A DNA stretch of 64,000 bases from Felis catus (lineage: Eukaryota): contig NC_058368.1 in the NCBI RefSeq assembly GCF_018350175.1, positions 13,580,001 through 13,644,000 on the forward strand, in the 5' to 3' direction. Below are positions 38,361 through 51,639 of the stretch, in pieces. Position 1 is the first letter of the stretch, and each line of letters starts with the position of its first letter. The notes below the pieces were generated by a model. That model did not search any database, was not told the origin of the DNA, and was given only the letters and a program-made list of their open reading frames with translations. The position numbers were made by a program, and so were the translations under genes.

Positions 38361-40905
38361 CATGTGCCTGAATCACCCCCAGTGCTTAGCTTTCACACAG
38401 TAGGTAGTTGTGTTCACCAAATGCATCTTCAAATATTTTTTCCTCTTTTATGCTTTACTGAATTATGATCCCTCCTTGTATCTTTTCTGGGATACAACCT
38501 TTAACCCAATCATTCATTTACACATCTTTTAATCTGTGCAAAAGGCTTCCTGTCTCCATGCTGCAAACACTTGTTTTGAACCCAATTATCTCAGTGTCCC
38601 TCTCTCTCTTATGCACTGTCAAGGCAATTTACTTCAAATGAGCAAATAGCTCCAGCTCATGGCCTTGTTTTTGAATCTCGGAAAAAGAAACTAAGATATA
38701 TTTCTTAGCCATAGGGATATATCAAGGGGGTTGTTCAGAAGTTTAAAAAATGTTTTAATTATTTCAGATTCACTTTATTATTTCCTACATCTTCTATTTA
38801 CATAAGAAAAAGTGAAATGTGTTCTTTTATACATTAGCCTCTTATTCAGTCAGAAAATATGAGGGCAAGAAATTTCATCAGAGCAAATTCTGTTGGTTTT
38901 ATATTTAAATCACAATTGCCACTTTGTGAAAGAGCTTATAGTAAAGTCCATACAAAACTAGACAAAAAAATCAAGCATTTAGCACAAATCTGAGCTATCA
39001 TCTAGAAGCTCATTTTATCTTTCATATTAGATACCACCTATTTACTTTCCTTTTTCCTACCATATCATTCTTGTCTTATAACCCAGGATGGCTTATTAAC
39101 CCCAGGTTTTGGAGACTGTTCCACCGCATCAATCTTTAAGAGACTTTTCCACCTAACAGTGGCTTTTTCAGTGTAACTATTGTATCTAAGAATTTGGGGG
39201 TGCAAACTGTGTTAGGGGTTCAAAGACTCCATCTCTCACCTTCGGGTAGCCCAAGTTCTTCCTCTTCTCAAAGATTGGGGAAATAACCTAAAGGCTATTG
39301 ATGGGAGTATACTATAGTGCCTCCTGTCTGACTCATATTTGTAATGAACCTGCTTTTGGATTGCTGGCAATAAAAAGGACATAATCCTTAAGTGGGTGTC
39401 AGAGAAGCTCCACTAATTTATGTGGCAGGACCCAATCTCATGTGAAGGTTTAATGAGAAGCTCACACGGTATAAAGTGTGCCTGGCATCTGTTACAGAAG
39501 ATAGCTCTGAAAGAAGCAGAGAAATACCTTATGTGAAGAACATACATCGGATAATTTTTTTAACTGACAAGGATGACCCTAATAGAGAATGAGGGGTAAA
39601 AAGGAACAGCCACCACAAAAGACTATTGTGGCAACTATTGATCCATTATATACTTTCTGGTTATTGTAAACGCCTCCAAATATTCCCCCAAAGGAAAGCA
39701 AGACATGGATAATTTATGTGCCTATTGAAAGTAATCTTCCAAGCATGAATGGCTGAAGGATTATAATTTCTCCCCCCCCCCCCACTACTAATCATCATAG
39801 GTCTCCCAGAGGTCATACAAATAACCAGCAGCCTTTCGTCCTAAACATTGCTAAGCCAAGGTTGAGATATGAGCCTATTAAAATCTGGTTTAAAAAGAAT
39901 TTTATTTTGCTGATGATCTCATTTATTAATTGCTGACTGCCTTTTAAAACCTTCAGTGGAAGACAAAGAGACCTTCAAATCCTTTCTCTGAGAATTAAAG
40001 CTTTGCATTTAAGGATTCCAGATGGGCTATACTTTAAGTATTAAAGTTCAAATGCTTTAACCACCAACAGATGAAAGGAAATTTTACTTAGTTTTGTTCC
40101 ACAATTGCCACCCAGTCGTTCTTCTATGCTGGCCAAATTAAGCATCAATTTAAATTAGATTTACTCACGGGACCCTCGACAATCACAACCAACACAAGAT
40201 ATTAGGGAGTTTAGGAAATGGGTCTATTAAATGACAATTAAAGTTGTCAGCCTTCCAGAGCTTATTTGCAGTTAATTTGATCCCTGGTAGACAGTTGTAT
40301 TTGACTGCTGTAAACAAAGAGGTCTGCTAGAGCTTACACACAGAGAGCCAGAGCTGATCCCTTGAGCCCCGGTGATGGCATGTTTCGCTTTCACATTGAG
40401 GTGGCTTCAGCTGCTCGGCAGAATAAGCGACTTCAAAATCGCTTCCAGTACAACTGTTGAAGCCCCCCACCCCACCCCCCCCCCCGAAAGTCCTAACATT
40501 CACCAAAAGAGAATTTAACTGGCTCCTTTCAGAAAAGTCAGCCAAGAGGTCCTAGGCAGCAAGCCTGGCTTTTCCTTTTTGTGTGAGGTCTCATGGAAAT
40601 TCTTTAGGACAAAGTGCTCCCAATCTGGCACATAGTAAATAGTGTTTTTCATCTAGAATGGGCTTGAAATAGGGGATCAAAAGTCTTAGATTATCCACAT
40701 CCTTTGATATGGTATTTTCACTCCTGGAGATTTTTCCTGAAGAAACAGATACCTGCGCAAAGATTTATGAACAAACATGTTGGCTGAAGCATGAGGCACG
40801 GGCAAAAAGTAAGACAAATTTGTTTTTGCTCATTCCCCTTACCTTGTTCTCCTTAGCCCTCCCCATGGGCCAGGCCAGCTAGCCCTACCTTGAAAATTCC
40901 TTCAG

Positions 40906-41060
40906 GTTTCATGCTTGTAGTGATGTCTCTGGTGGTTGATGGAGAGTGGGGGAGAGGAGAAAGTGGGTGATGGGCATTGAGGAAGGCACTTGTTGGGATG
41001 AGCACTGGGTGTTGTATGGAAGTCAATTTGACAATAAATTATATATTTAAAAAAAAAAAA
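40906..41060 (+). mobile_element. Tiny 5'-inverted felid L1 insertion
   Basis: 40934-41060 matches the L1 3' end (compare 23464-23585); 40906-40932 is the reverse complement of the L1 inter-ORF spacer 19491-19517 (26/27); TSD aaaa-NN-ccttcag. Confidence 0.9.
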
Positions 41061-41439
41061 GCCTTCAGTGCCACTTCCTCTCAGACATTTACCTCAGGAG
41101 CTGGTGCCCTCCACAGGCCCAGAATTTCCAAGACCTGGGCCTCTCTTCATCAAACCTTGCCTGTGTTCCCCATTATAGTTCATGCTCTCTGCAGTCACCC
41201 GGGCTAGAGAATCAAATACATTTTTCATTCTGAGGTGTTAATGGATTAATGTTGCCCTCTACTAGATAGTAATTCATATTTTAAAATGAGAACCTCCTGA
41301 AGACAATGCTTTAATCAAAAATGGGATTACAGTGGGAATTTCAGGCTCCACATAAATTCAGCAGTTAGTATAGTTTAAAATCCTCTTTAAAATATATTTT
41401 CAGCATGTGTGCATGTATGTGTATGTGTCTTAGTTTATT

Positions 41440-41690
41440 CATTATGTTTCATTATGGAAAGATATTCATGCTTATTATAGAAAGTGTTGGAAATAAGAAA
41501 GAGCAAAAGGAAGACAAATTCATCCATATTCCCTCACGTAGAAATGGCATTTTAAACATTCTATTGTGTTTCTTCCTAGTCACAGTAACATGCACAAATT
41601 TGTTTATTTTCTGGAGTCACAATTACAGTGTATGCAATTTCTGCATTCTTTTTTCACTTTGCACTTTTATTTTAAAATTTCAGAATAGTT
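41440..41690 (-). mobile_element. Old L1ME/L1MC 3' fragment
   Basis: tcatgcttattatagaaagtgttggaaata...ttttaaacattctattgtgtttcttcctagt. Confidence 0.5.
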
Positions 41691-44591
41691 CCACCCCAAA
41701 AACGCCTTCAATGGGGCCACACTTTGCAATCATGCACTCTTTCCCTCACTCACTACATTTTCTGCATAGAATACCTTAAAAGCTTGCCTTGTCTTTCTGG
41801 GCTTCTTATCCACTACAATCTCTAGATTAAATTAGAAACTTTCACCATATCTGGCTGGTAAATAAACTTCCTAAAATAAAAGCACTCAAATCCACTTCTA
41901 GAACAGGGGAAGGACTGGTATGTGTTAAAACAATGTGGATGCCACTGATGCCGGCACCAGCAGGAAGTCAAGGTCATAGTCTGCGGTAGCCAGAAGAGCC
42001 ACCCGCCACACCTCCCCTCCTGTGGCTGCTTAGGGATGTTGGGCTGCTGCCCTTGAAAGACCAGCCTCTGCACCCATTACTGTGAGCATCTCTGGAAGCA
42101 GTGGTAACACCCATGGGGCACAGAAACTATTCTCGCTTGGCCCGTGGAAAGCTCATTCCTACCACCAAAAAAAGTACCTTCTCTCTACTTTGCCCCTCTC
42201 TTCACTCAGGGGCATCAACTATCTTTAGCCATACCCACTTCCTTGGCTCACAGACAAAAATATATAGGGTAGAGGTGGGGGCTCTTCTGGTTGTTTATGA
42301 TCTGGTGAGCACATTAACATTTCTACCTGGGCTCTTTCTTTGTACTGTTGCCACTGACCATGAGCTAATGCTAACATTTACTTTGTAGAATCCTACTTGG
42401 TAACCGATAATCATTTTTACTGCAGCCTCAGATTAAATTTGAAAAGTACAGCCAAATGTTTCCTAAGGAAACAAGATGGAAAGATCTAGCATTGTTAGAA
42501 TCAGACCAATTAGTCATATTTTTTGAATCGCATTCAAAAAAGACATTACAAGGAGGAAAGGATGAGAAGGAATGGGGAGAATTCTTTAGACCTCAGCTGA
42601 TTTGAGTATTTTATTTGTAAATAGCATGTCATTTTACTAATGGAGTTGAATTACATCTAACTTTCCTATAAATGTTGGTTTGTATTAAACAAACTGAAAC
42701 ATGGTACAAAAAGCTTTTTACTGTTTTTGAGCAAGCAAAACTGCCCTGCTATTAATAAACACTTACAAGAAGTATCAGATTTCCAATAACTAACAATATG
42801 ATTATCTACCCAGACTTGGAAGGAACTAAATTCGTAATGCCTGATGATTGGCGTGTTTGCTGTCTCTTATATGGTATACTAAGCACATAGCATGGTGAAA
42901 TGCTAGGGGAAAAGAGCTGCTTTTCCCCATCCAGCAACTGCTAACCTGCTCAGCAGTAAGTGGGGTGCCCTGGGCAGCCTTATGAAGTAGCACCTGCTTC
43001 TCAAAGGGGATGCTGGGAGCCAGGGATAATGGGATTCACAGGAAGTCAGAGCTTTTTTCTAAAGCCTTGGCAGTGACATCTATGTGAGTCATTGAACTGG
43101 CCATCATTATTCTTATTGATCTCCAATCCAGGTCTATTCAGCCTTCTAATAAAAACAGATGAAGGGGATGACCAAGTCAGAATAAAAAAGCAGAGGGAGC
43201 TGAAATGGCTGAGAATATGCATTATTATCCCCATAAATGGCCTGACGGATATGTACCTTGGTAGAATAAAATGAATGGTATATTTCCTTTTTCCATTTTC
43301 TTATGTAGTCAGAAAAAATCCAGGAAATAGTATAGAATCTCTATTTTCAAAACAAATAGTTATTATTCCATTCCATTTTTCACACATATCCTTACTTATT
43401 TTTTTCCTGTTTCTATAAGCTCTTTCTCCATGAAGAGTTCCCTGTTAGAAATGTTACTGCACATCTCTCTGATGAAAGTATTATTTCAGTGTTTTCATTA
43501 TTCTTCATTTTATGGGATGAATTGACCTCTTCAGTCACTGTAAAAGTAATACGCTTATATATTTTACCACAATAAAAAAAATTTAATGATGCTCTGAAAA
43601 TGCACGAAGAGATGCCTGAAATTGTCTTTACAAGTTCTGGGAAATGAGGGATTTGGAGGAATTATTTAAATCACAAATGGTAAAAAGACCCATCATTTAC
43701 TGGTTAAAAGTTGGAATGCTTTAATAATGTCACAAAGTTTATAGGGTTAGGAGACCCTTTCATTGACCTTTTTAAAGGCATAAAACATGTTCAAGGTTGC
43801 CCTTTCCCAAACGATTCAGGATTAAGTAGAGAAGAGCAAGCCTCCAATCATGGTCAGACTTCAAAGAGGGTCATCTTCTGGCTTCTTCCCTAGACACCAG
43901 TTCCCAGATATTTCAGGGTCTCTCAAAGGACTCCCACTCAATCACATTCATGTTCAGTGCATTTGATTTTTTTTTTTCTGTGCAGAAACCAGTAACTATT
44001 AGCTCTTAGTCTGAACCACACAGCAGCAAGGACCAGAACGGCAAGATAGATGAATCTGAACCCCCTTCATCAAGCATTGATTCTGTCAAATTTCAATCTT
44101 CATACTGATTTCTCCTCAATCCTTGATAACACTAACGACACTGTGCTTTGATTTTGACTTTGTGGTTTCAGGATAAATTGGTCTTAGGCCAAACCCAGCC
44201 AACCAACACTCCCAGCACCCAGTCTAAATATATGCCATCCTATTAAAAGAGCATTATGTTTAATTTACTTTTTAAATATCTGTGCCTGATATGAAAGAAG
44301 GCAGAAAAGAGGTTGGACCTAGACATTTAGAATAAGTACACTTACTTTATTCAGTGAATGTTTGAAATAGTATCCTGGTTCATGTATTGTATGTTGGATT
44401 CTTCTTTAACCCAAGAGTCTAATAAAGTGCCAAAGACCATTGGTGTTGGTAAAAAAAAAAAAAAAAAAAAAAAAATACCAATACTAACAATGATAAAATG
44501 GGATTTAGACCTCAAAGCCCTTTATTTTCACCCTTGGATTCTTATTTCTTTATATATCTTTTAAATAATATTACATGGTTCTACTAACACT

Positions 44592-46421
44592 TTTTTTTTC
44601 ACCGAAACTTTATTTCTTTTAAAACAGTTGTAAGTTCACAGCAAAATTGAAGGGAAGAAGGTACAGAGATGGCCCATATACTTCCTGCCTCCACACAGGC
44701 ACAACCTCCCCCATTTTCAACGTCCTCCTACATAGTGGTTCATTTGTTATAATTGATGCACATAAACTGACATACCATAATCACCCAAAGTCCATAGTTT
44801 ACATTATGGTTCATTCTTGGTGTTGTATATTCTGTGGGTTTAGACAAATGTAAATGATATATATTCATCATTATTGTATCATGCAGAGTATTTTCACTCC
44901 CTAGAAGACTATTGTCTGACTATTCATCCCTCTTCATCTCCTAACACCTAGAAACCCTTAATTATTTTACTATCTCCATAGTTAGGCCTTTTTCAGAATG
45001 GCATATAGTTGGAATTATACAGTATGTAGCCTTTTCAAATTGACTTCTCACTTAGTTATATACATGTGTTTCCTCCCTGTCTTTTCATGGCTTGATAGCT
45101 CATTTCTTTTTTGGCATTGTCTGGATATACCACAGTTTACTTATCCATTCACCTACTGAAGGACATCTTGGTTGCTTCCAAGTTTTAGTAATTATGAATA
45201 AACCTGCTATAAACACTTGTGTGCTGGTGTTTTTTTATGTGGACGTAACTTTTTGAGTCTTTGGGTCACTACCAAGGAGCATGATTGCTGGATCACATGG
45301 GGAAAATGTTTAGTTTTCTAAGAAACTGCCAGACTCTCTTTCAAAGTGGCTGTACCATTTTGCAATCCCCTAGCAATGAATGAGAGTTCCTGTTGCTCTA
45401 CATCCTGGGCAGGATTTGGTGTTTTTAGTTTTCTGGATTTGGGCCATTCTAATAGGTGTATAGTGGTATCTCATTGTTGTTTAATTTAAAATTCCTTGAT
45501 AATATATGATGTAGAGTATCTTTTTATATGCTTATTTGTCATCTGTATTACTTCAGAGGTGTCTATCTAGGTCTTTGGCCCATTTTTTTAATTGGGTTCT
45601 TTGTTTTCTTATTGGTGAATTTTAAGAGTTCCTTATGTATTTGGACACATATCAGATGTGTCTTTTGAAAATATCTTCTCTCAGTTTGTGTCGTTATTCT
45701 CTTGGCCTTGTCTTTTGCGGAGCAATTTTTAATTTTAACAAAGTTCAGTTCATCAAGTATTTCTTTGATGGATTGTGCCTTTGGTGTTATATCTAAAAGG
45801 TCATCTTCATAGTCAAGGTCATCTAGGTTTTTTCCTATGTCCTAACAGTTTTATAGTGTCTAACAGTTTTGTAGTTTCTTATTTTATATTTAGTTCTGTG
45901 ATCCATTTTGAGTTAATTTTTGTGAAGGATGTAATGTCAATGTCTACATTCATTTTTTTGCATTCGATATCCAGTTGCTCCAGCACCATTTGTTGAAAAG
46001 TCTATCTTTGTTCCTTGTATTGCCATTGCTTGTTTGTCAAAGGTCACTTATCTGCATTTATGTGGTTCTATGTCCGGGCTCTCTATTTTGTTCCACTGAT
46101 TTATTTGTCAATTCTTCTCCAATACCACACTAACTTAATTACCGTAGCTTTACAGTAGGTCTTGAAGTTGAGTAGCATCAGTCGCCCAACTTTGTTCTTC
46201 TCCTTCAATGTTGTATTGGATATTCTGGGTCTCTTCCCATTCTATTTATGCCTTTGAGTCAAATTGTCAATATTTACAAAGTAACTCACTGGTATTTTGA
46301 CTGGGATAACATTGATTCTTTAGAACAAATTGGAAAGGACTAATGTATTGACAATATTGAGTCTTCCTATCCATGAACATGGAATATCTCTTCATTTATT
46401 TAGTTCTTTGATTTCATTCAT
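44592..46421 (-). mobile_element. L1MC1-like 5'-truncated LINE (3' UTR plus ORF2 end)
   Basis: aagttcacagcaaaattga...ggtacagagat 3'-end signature, then antisense ORF2 text to ...ccatgaacatggaatatctc; decayed TSD tctactaacactttt / tctgctaatagtttt. Confidence 0.88.
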
Positions 46422-46513
46422 CTGCTAATAGTTTTAGTTGCAAAAATTCAAAAACATAGTCATATTTCTTTTCTAAAATAAAAGCATCCTCAACAAATAG
46501 CATTACTACTATT

Positions 46514-46790
46514 TATTCTTAAGTGAAGTATAATTGACATCTAATATTGTATTGGTTTCAGATGTACAGTACAATGATTTGATATTTGTGTATATATCAC
46601 AATGATCACCACCATAGGTCTGGTTAACATCTGTCATCATACAGTTACATTTTTTTTCTTGTGATGAGAATTTTTAAGACTACCCTTTCAGCAACTTTCA
46701 AATGTACATATTTACTGCAGTCACTGTGCTGTGCATTACATGCCTATGACTTATTTATTTTGTAAATGGAAGCTGTACCTTGCGATCCCC
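46514..46790 (-). mobile_element. Short L1 3' end (L1MA9 / carnivore-type)
   Basis: gaagtataattgacat...gtttcagatgtacag; TSD ttactactatt at 46503-46513 and 46797-46807. Confidence 0.85.
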
Positions 46791-46859
46791 TTGAAGTTAC
46801 TACTATTACTTGACATTTCATTTTATAATTTACTAACTCTTTATTCATAAAGACATAAT

Positions 46860-47603
46860 GGAGATTTTTTAAATTGAATTTTTGACTATATTAAAATAAA
46901 AGAGAACCGCCACTAAGCAACTATGAAAAAATTCACAGATATAAGTAGATATGATGAGAAATAGTATGTTTGTATAATCTGGAAGTATCTCTCCACAACA
47001 CACTTTTTAATTTCAAAGGGGATAACAGTCTACTTACAGTGTCAGACAACACCTTACCCAAGTGATCAAAACCAACATCACCAAAAGTGACACACTGCAA
47101 CATTCCCCCAGTGTGATGCACTGAAAGGGACACAGAATCATGATTGTGATATCTTTGCCAAAAATTCATAATCTGATTTGGATATGAAGAAAACACAGAC
47201 AATCTCAAATTGAGGGAGATTTTACAAAATAACTGACTGGTATTCGTCAAAAGTGTTAAAGTCATGAAAGATAAAGAAAAACTGAGAAATTGACCCAGAT
47301 TGGAGGAGACTCAGAAGTCAGGACAACTAAATACAATACATGACTCTAGATTGTATTCTAGATCAGAAAAAAGATATTAGTGGGCAAATTGGAAAATTTT
47401 TAATAAGACCTGTAGATGAGTTATATAGTATCCTATGTTAATTTCCTGGTTTTGATCATTATACTAAGATTATGTAAGATGGATGTTAATATTTGGGGAG
47501 CTGGGTGAAGGGCATATTGGATTTTTTAATACTAATTTGCTACTTTTTTCATAAGTCTGTAAGTATTTCAAACAAACAGTTAAAACATTTTTAATAAAAA
47601 AAT
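46860..47603 (+). mobile_element. L1MC4-like 3' UTR fragment
   Basis: ccaagtgatcaaa...aaattgagggagattttacaaaataactg...atgttaatttcctggttttgatcatt...A-rich end. Confidence 0.8.
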
Positions 47604-49648
47604 TCTAAAGATCCAGATACTGGATTTCAATGCACATTTGTGAGCATTTAATGCATTTCTGAGAAAAGGGAAATAAAGGTCGCAAAGTTGCCTGCGTTTA
47701 CCTTAGATCAGCGGGCAACTTGAACGTTTTGTCATTTTAATTAAAGAGAGAACAAGATACGGAGAGGCAGAAAGACAGTGAAAGACATCCTAAGTTGGTA
47801 TGTCTGCATTGATGAAGCATTTCAAACAGAACCACAGCTTCATCTTGGAGCCACACCAAAGAGGCCATTGCTGTCCCTGTCACAGCCACATCTGTGCTAC
47901 CAGAATCAAAGGCAGGCTTTTCTGATTGGTTGGGTCAGGCTGCTAATGAGGCAAAGGTCACGGATTGGATCTGCTATCAGAGCCTGCCGAGTGTCACTCT
48001 GTCTCTTGGCATTTTGCTGATCACAAGGGAGCCAGGTGAGAAAGCTTGACTGCACCAGTGAGAAGCCAGCTCTACCACAGAGAAAAAATTAAAACATATG
48101 CCCTCCCTAAGGTTACCTTTAAATATAATGGACACACTTGAATAGAATCTCTGTCACCTAAATATGCCTCTAAAAATAACCGTACCAGGAAAGGTATCCC
48201 TCATTAGATTCACTTTTCCCTGTTGAACCTATAATTAGGAGACCAGGAAGGGTAACGCTGATTTGGCCTCCTATGCAATCCACAGACACACAGAAATTCT
48301 TGAGAGCCCTGTGCTTTTAGCAGAAGGATGTGATAGCTTTGAAGGCATGCTCTCTGGGTTTAATATCTCTTAGGCAGCTACCAAGCCACATAAAGAAAGA
48401 GGCTTGTTCCTGACAGCTAGACATCCTTCAACTTTCATGTTCCAAAATTTATTGAGAAGGGGCTTCCAACATGATTTTTCCCTGAATCTCATGTTTACTA
48501 GCAGAGCTTCCCTGAAGTACTTAGGATTTCCAACTTGGAGGGAAGCACAAAATGGGAAATTCTCAATTCCAAATATCAGTTCGTCTTTAGAGCCAAAAGC
48601 AACTATAGAAGTAGAATAGGTTTAACCATATGATTAATTTGGGAACCATAAATAAACACAGCAGTTTGAAAGTAATTTTACTTAACGTGGTAAATTACAG
48701 TTAAAAACCAAAGTTAGTGGGCTTCACTCATTTCCACCTACACTTAGAAGAATTCGCTCCATTTTATGTCAAGAGTTATCTCTTCGAGATTCTTTCAACG
48801 TGAGGATTTGTGAACATAACATGGTTGGTGACAGGGAAGTGTTTCTGAGTGGTGATGCTGCCCCACCCTGTGCTTTCTCCACTGAGCTGTGGATTTCCAG
48901 ATCCTCCTGGCACGTATGTACAAAGTGAAGTTTAGAAAAAAGAAAACAAATGAACAAACAAAAGATTTTTAACCCCTCTTGCTTCTCCTGATGTTAATAT
49001 ACTCAGTAGATCTCAGGGAGATCAGCTGTTTCACAAGGTTGAGACTTGTTGGAAGTGCCTCGTGATAACAGAAAGTAAATAAAAACTAAAAACACATTCT
49101 CCATCTCCAATTTGTGAAACCACAGTCAAACCTCTGTTCTGAGTAAAGCTGAAGATAGCTACAGAAATCGATGTTAGAGAAACCAACAACTGTGGAATAG
49201 AAGGGAGGTAAAATCCCTCAAGACTCCAGAACCACTGGGTTGTAAATATTCCTAAACCCAGGCTTAAAAAACAAAGATGCCAGCCCCTATTATACTAAAA
49301 TGGTTGTGTCATTTTTAGACGAAGCAATTCACATTCGACCACTCCATCTTGATCTATGTTTCCCCCTGGGCAGACTTGAGCAGACATCTCTGTGTTCCTT
49401 CTTATAGACTTTTAGTGTCCAAAGAATAGACTTACTCTACATTTCTATCAGCTAGTTCTTTCACCGGCTATATCAAACATGGGAACAAACAGTCTGAATT
49501 ATTTTCCTGGCTGGAAATAGTTATAAAAGTTTATTTCACTACACATACATACGTTTTTCAAGGAGTGGTCGAGGGAAACATTATACATATAACAAACTGG
49601 TCCATGAAATAAGATACAACACTGCAGGTCTGAGAGAAGCATAGGATA

Positions 49649-50060
49649 TATTAAAGTAAAAATTATTCATGACACTTGTTAAAGACTGTTAAGGCAAACT
49701 TTATTCAGGACCATTGCAATAGGTGCAGGGATCGCTGGAATGGATTTTGCAGTAGGAAAGAGCGATTGGGGTCAAGTCAGAATACAGCAAGGAAAAGTAG
49801 AAATACTATAGCCAAGGAGCTAGGCAAGTGGGGAGTCAGTGAACAAAAAACGACTAAGACGGTGGGGTAATTCTTGCTAAACTGACCTCACGGGATACGT
49901 GCTAAAGGTAGGCCAGGGTGCTCAGATAGCATGTGGAGGGTAGTGAGGGTGAGGAACCCAAGTAGATATTAAGGGTGATCTGATATCCAGGATGGGAGAT
50001 TCTGGCTAAGCCAGTTTAGCAGGATTCCTGTTGAAAGACAGCGAGAGAACGACAGTGAAG
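49649..50060 (-). mobile_element. MER31-like ERV1 solo LTR
   Basis: gacacttgttaaa...ttcttgctaaactgacc...agggtgatctgatatcc, matching the recalled MER31 in reverse. Confidence 0.8.
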
Positions 50061-50149
50061 ACCCCCACTCAGGGGCTGAACAAACCCCTCTGAATAACTT
50101 GCTTGACCTCTTTTTGGCCCATCCCCATATTTGGAAATCATGAAGGATG

Positions 50150-50340
50150 CCTTTTCATGGTTTATTCAGCACATTGGTGTACATTATTTCATTTAAAGAA
50201 GAGTATGATTGCCATTTTACAGATGAGAAAGTTGAGACTCAGAGGCCATGGCGACCACATAGCAAGGGCCTCCGGAACTCAGAACTGTGCGTCCACTTTC
50301 TGGGGTCCCGGATGAGAATCTGTTTCTGCTGAGCATCCTT
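50150..50340 (-). mobile_element. MIR fragment
   Basis: ccattttacagatgagaaagttgagactcagag core. Confidence 0.75.
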
Positions 50341-51095
50341 ACAAACACAGCCATGCGTTGTCTATTCAATATTTTCCCCCATTTGTGTGTGCCAGCACTT
50401 AGATCACTCCTTTTTTCCTCTCAAAATCCATAAAATGGGTGTTTGCCCAAAGAGCCCCTCTCAGTCACATTAAAATATCACCTCAAACTGAATGCAAAGT
50501 ATCCTTCGCTTCCTAGATGATTATCTTGATATTATAATGGCCTTGGTTGGAGACAGAAGTGATCTTACAACCTTACTTCTAACCATGGGACCAACCAACT
50601 AAGAGCTCACATGCTGACACAAGTGCATACATTACATTCTAGCTTTGAGAAAAATGGTGAAGCATCAGGGCTACCTAGTCAGTTCTGAGCCAGAGGTCAC
50701 AAACTCCATAATGTCCAAAACCTCAGGGAGCCCCCAGTATCAGGCAATCGTAGTAGCAGGCGTCTGTGTGCAAAGAGTACTCAGTGAGGCAGTGCTGCTT
50801 CTCTCCTGAAGCGGTTCCAGGCCTGCCGGAGGTTTCTATAAGTGCAGATCACAGATCCTTTCCCCCAAATCCCCAACCACACACCCAGACCCACAGAATC
50901 AGATTTGCACGAGCTCCTGAGAATCTTTAATATTATAAAGATCCCTGAGGGGGAGGTGGTTCTGATGACTGTGTTGAGGGAGGAGATTCCCCCCACCATA
51001 GAAGACAGCCCGGGGGAGAAATGCTCTGCCCCACACTGTCCACCTCCCACTCGGAATTCGCAGTGGGCCCCTGCCACCATGAGACACAGAGATGC

Positions 51096-51639
51096 TAAAG
51101 GGACTCACAAAACCCACCAAAAGGGCAGTAAGACTACTTCAGAATGAAAACACCTGAACAAACAGCAGCTGAGAAAGAAATCTTGTCCAAACTTCCCTCA
51201 TTTCAAAAGAGTTTTCTGAAATTCAGCCTCCTCTGAGGGCAAAGCCTAATCCTTAGCACCTAGAAAATGTGAGGATTCTGCCGCCATAAATCCCCCTCCA
51301 GGGAGCTCCCAGCCAGGAAGGAGAATGACCATCAGCACCAGCACCTGAATGAGAAAATGTGTAAACGTATAGCAAGCTTTATCAGAACCTCCCATACTTT
51401 CCCACTGAAGCTCTGACCACCAACACCCCGCCAATTATGCTGATATATAAACTTTTTTTACCCCTGCCTGGCTGCCTGGAGAGCTAGTCTTTCTGGAATG
51501 CTCCTGCATGCGTGTGTAATAGAATTTTCTCCTGTCCATTATAATGAAACCGAATTAAAATTTCAGATTGTCCATTAATTCGCAGGCCCTGGCCACTACC
51601 ACTGGGGCCTTGGTCGGCAGAGGACCTGTTTTCCTGACA
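51096..51639 (+). mobile_element. MER34-like ERV1 solo LTR, nested in an MLT1 remnant (about 51000-51780)
   Basis: TATA-like gatatataaa, 3' end ttaattcgcaggccc...gttttcctgaca; MLT1 tail cttgtttaagtcaccatt resumes downstream. Confidence 0.65.

Noticed and set aside
40327..40545. 72-aa minus-strand ORF ending at a GTAAG-like donor
   Set aside because: No good acceptor and no recognisable protein similarity; treated as non-coding
48720..48960. Possible minus-strand exon (pyrimidine tract, then CAG|GAGGATCTGG)
   Set aside because: All three frames reach a stop within ~140 nt, no recognisable protein and no convincing donor; a non-coding exon cannot be excluded
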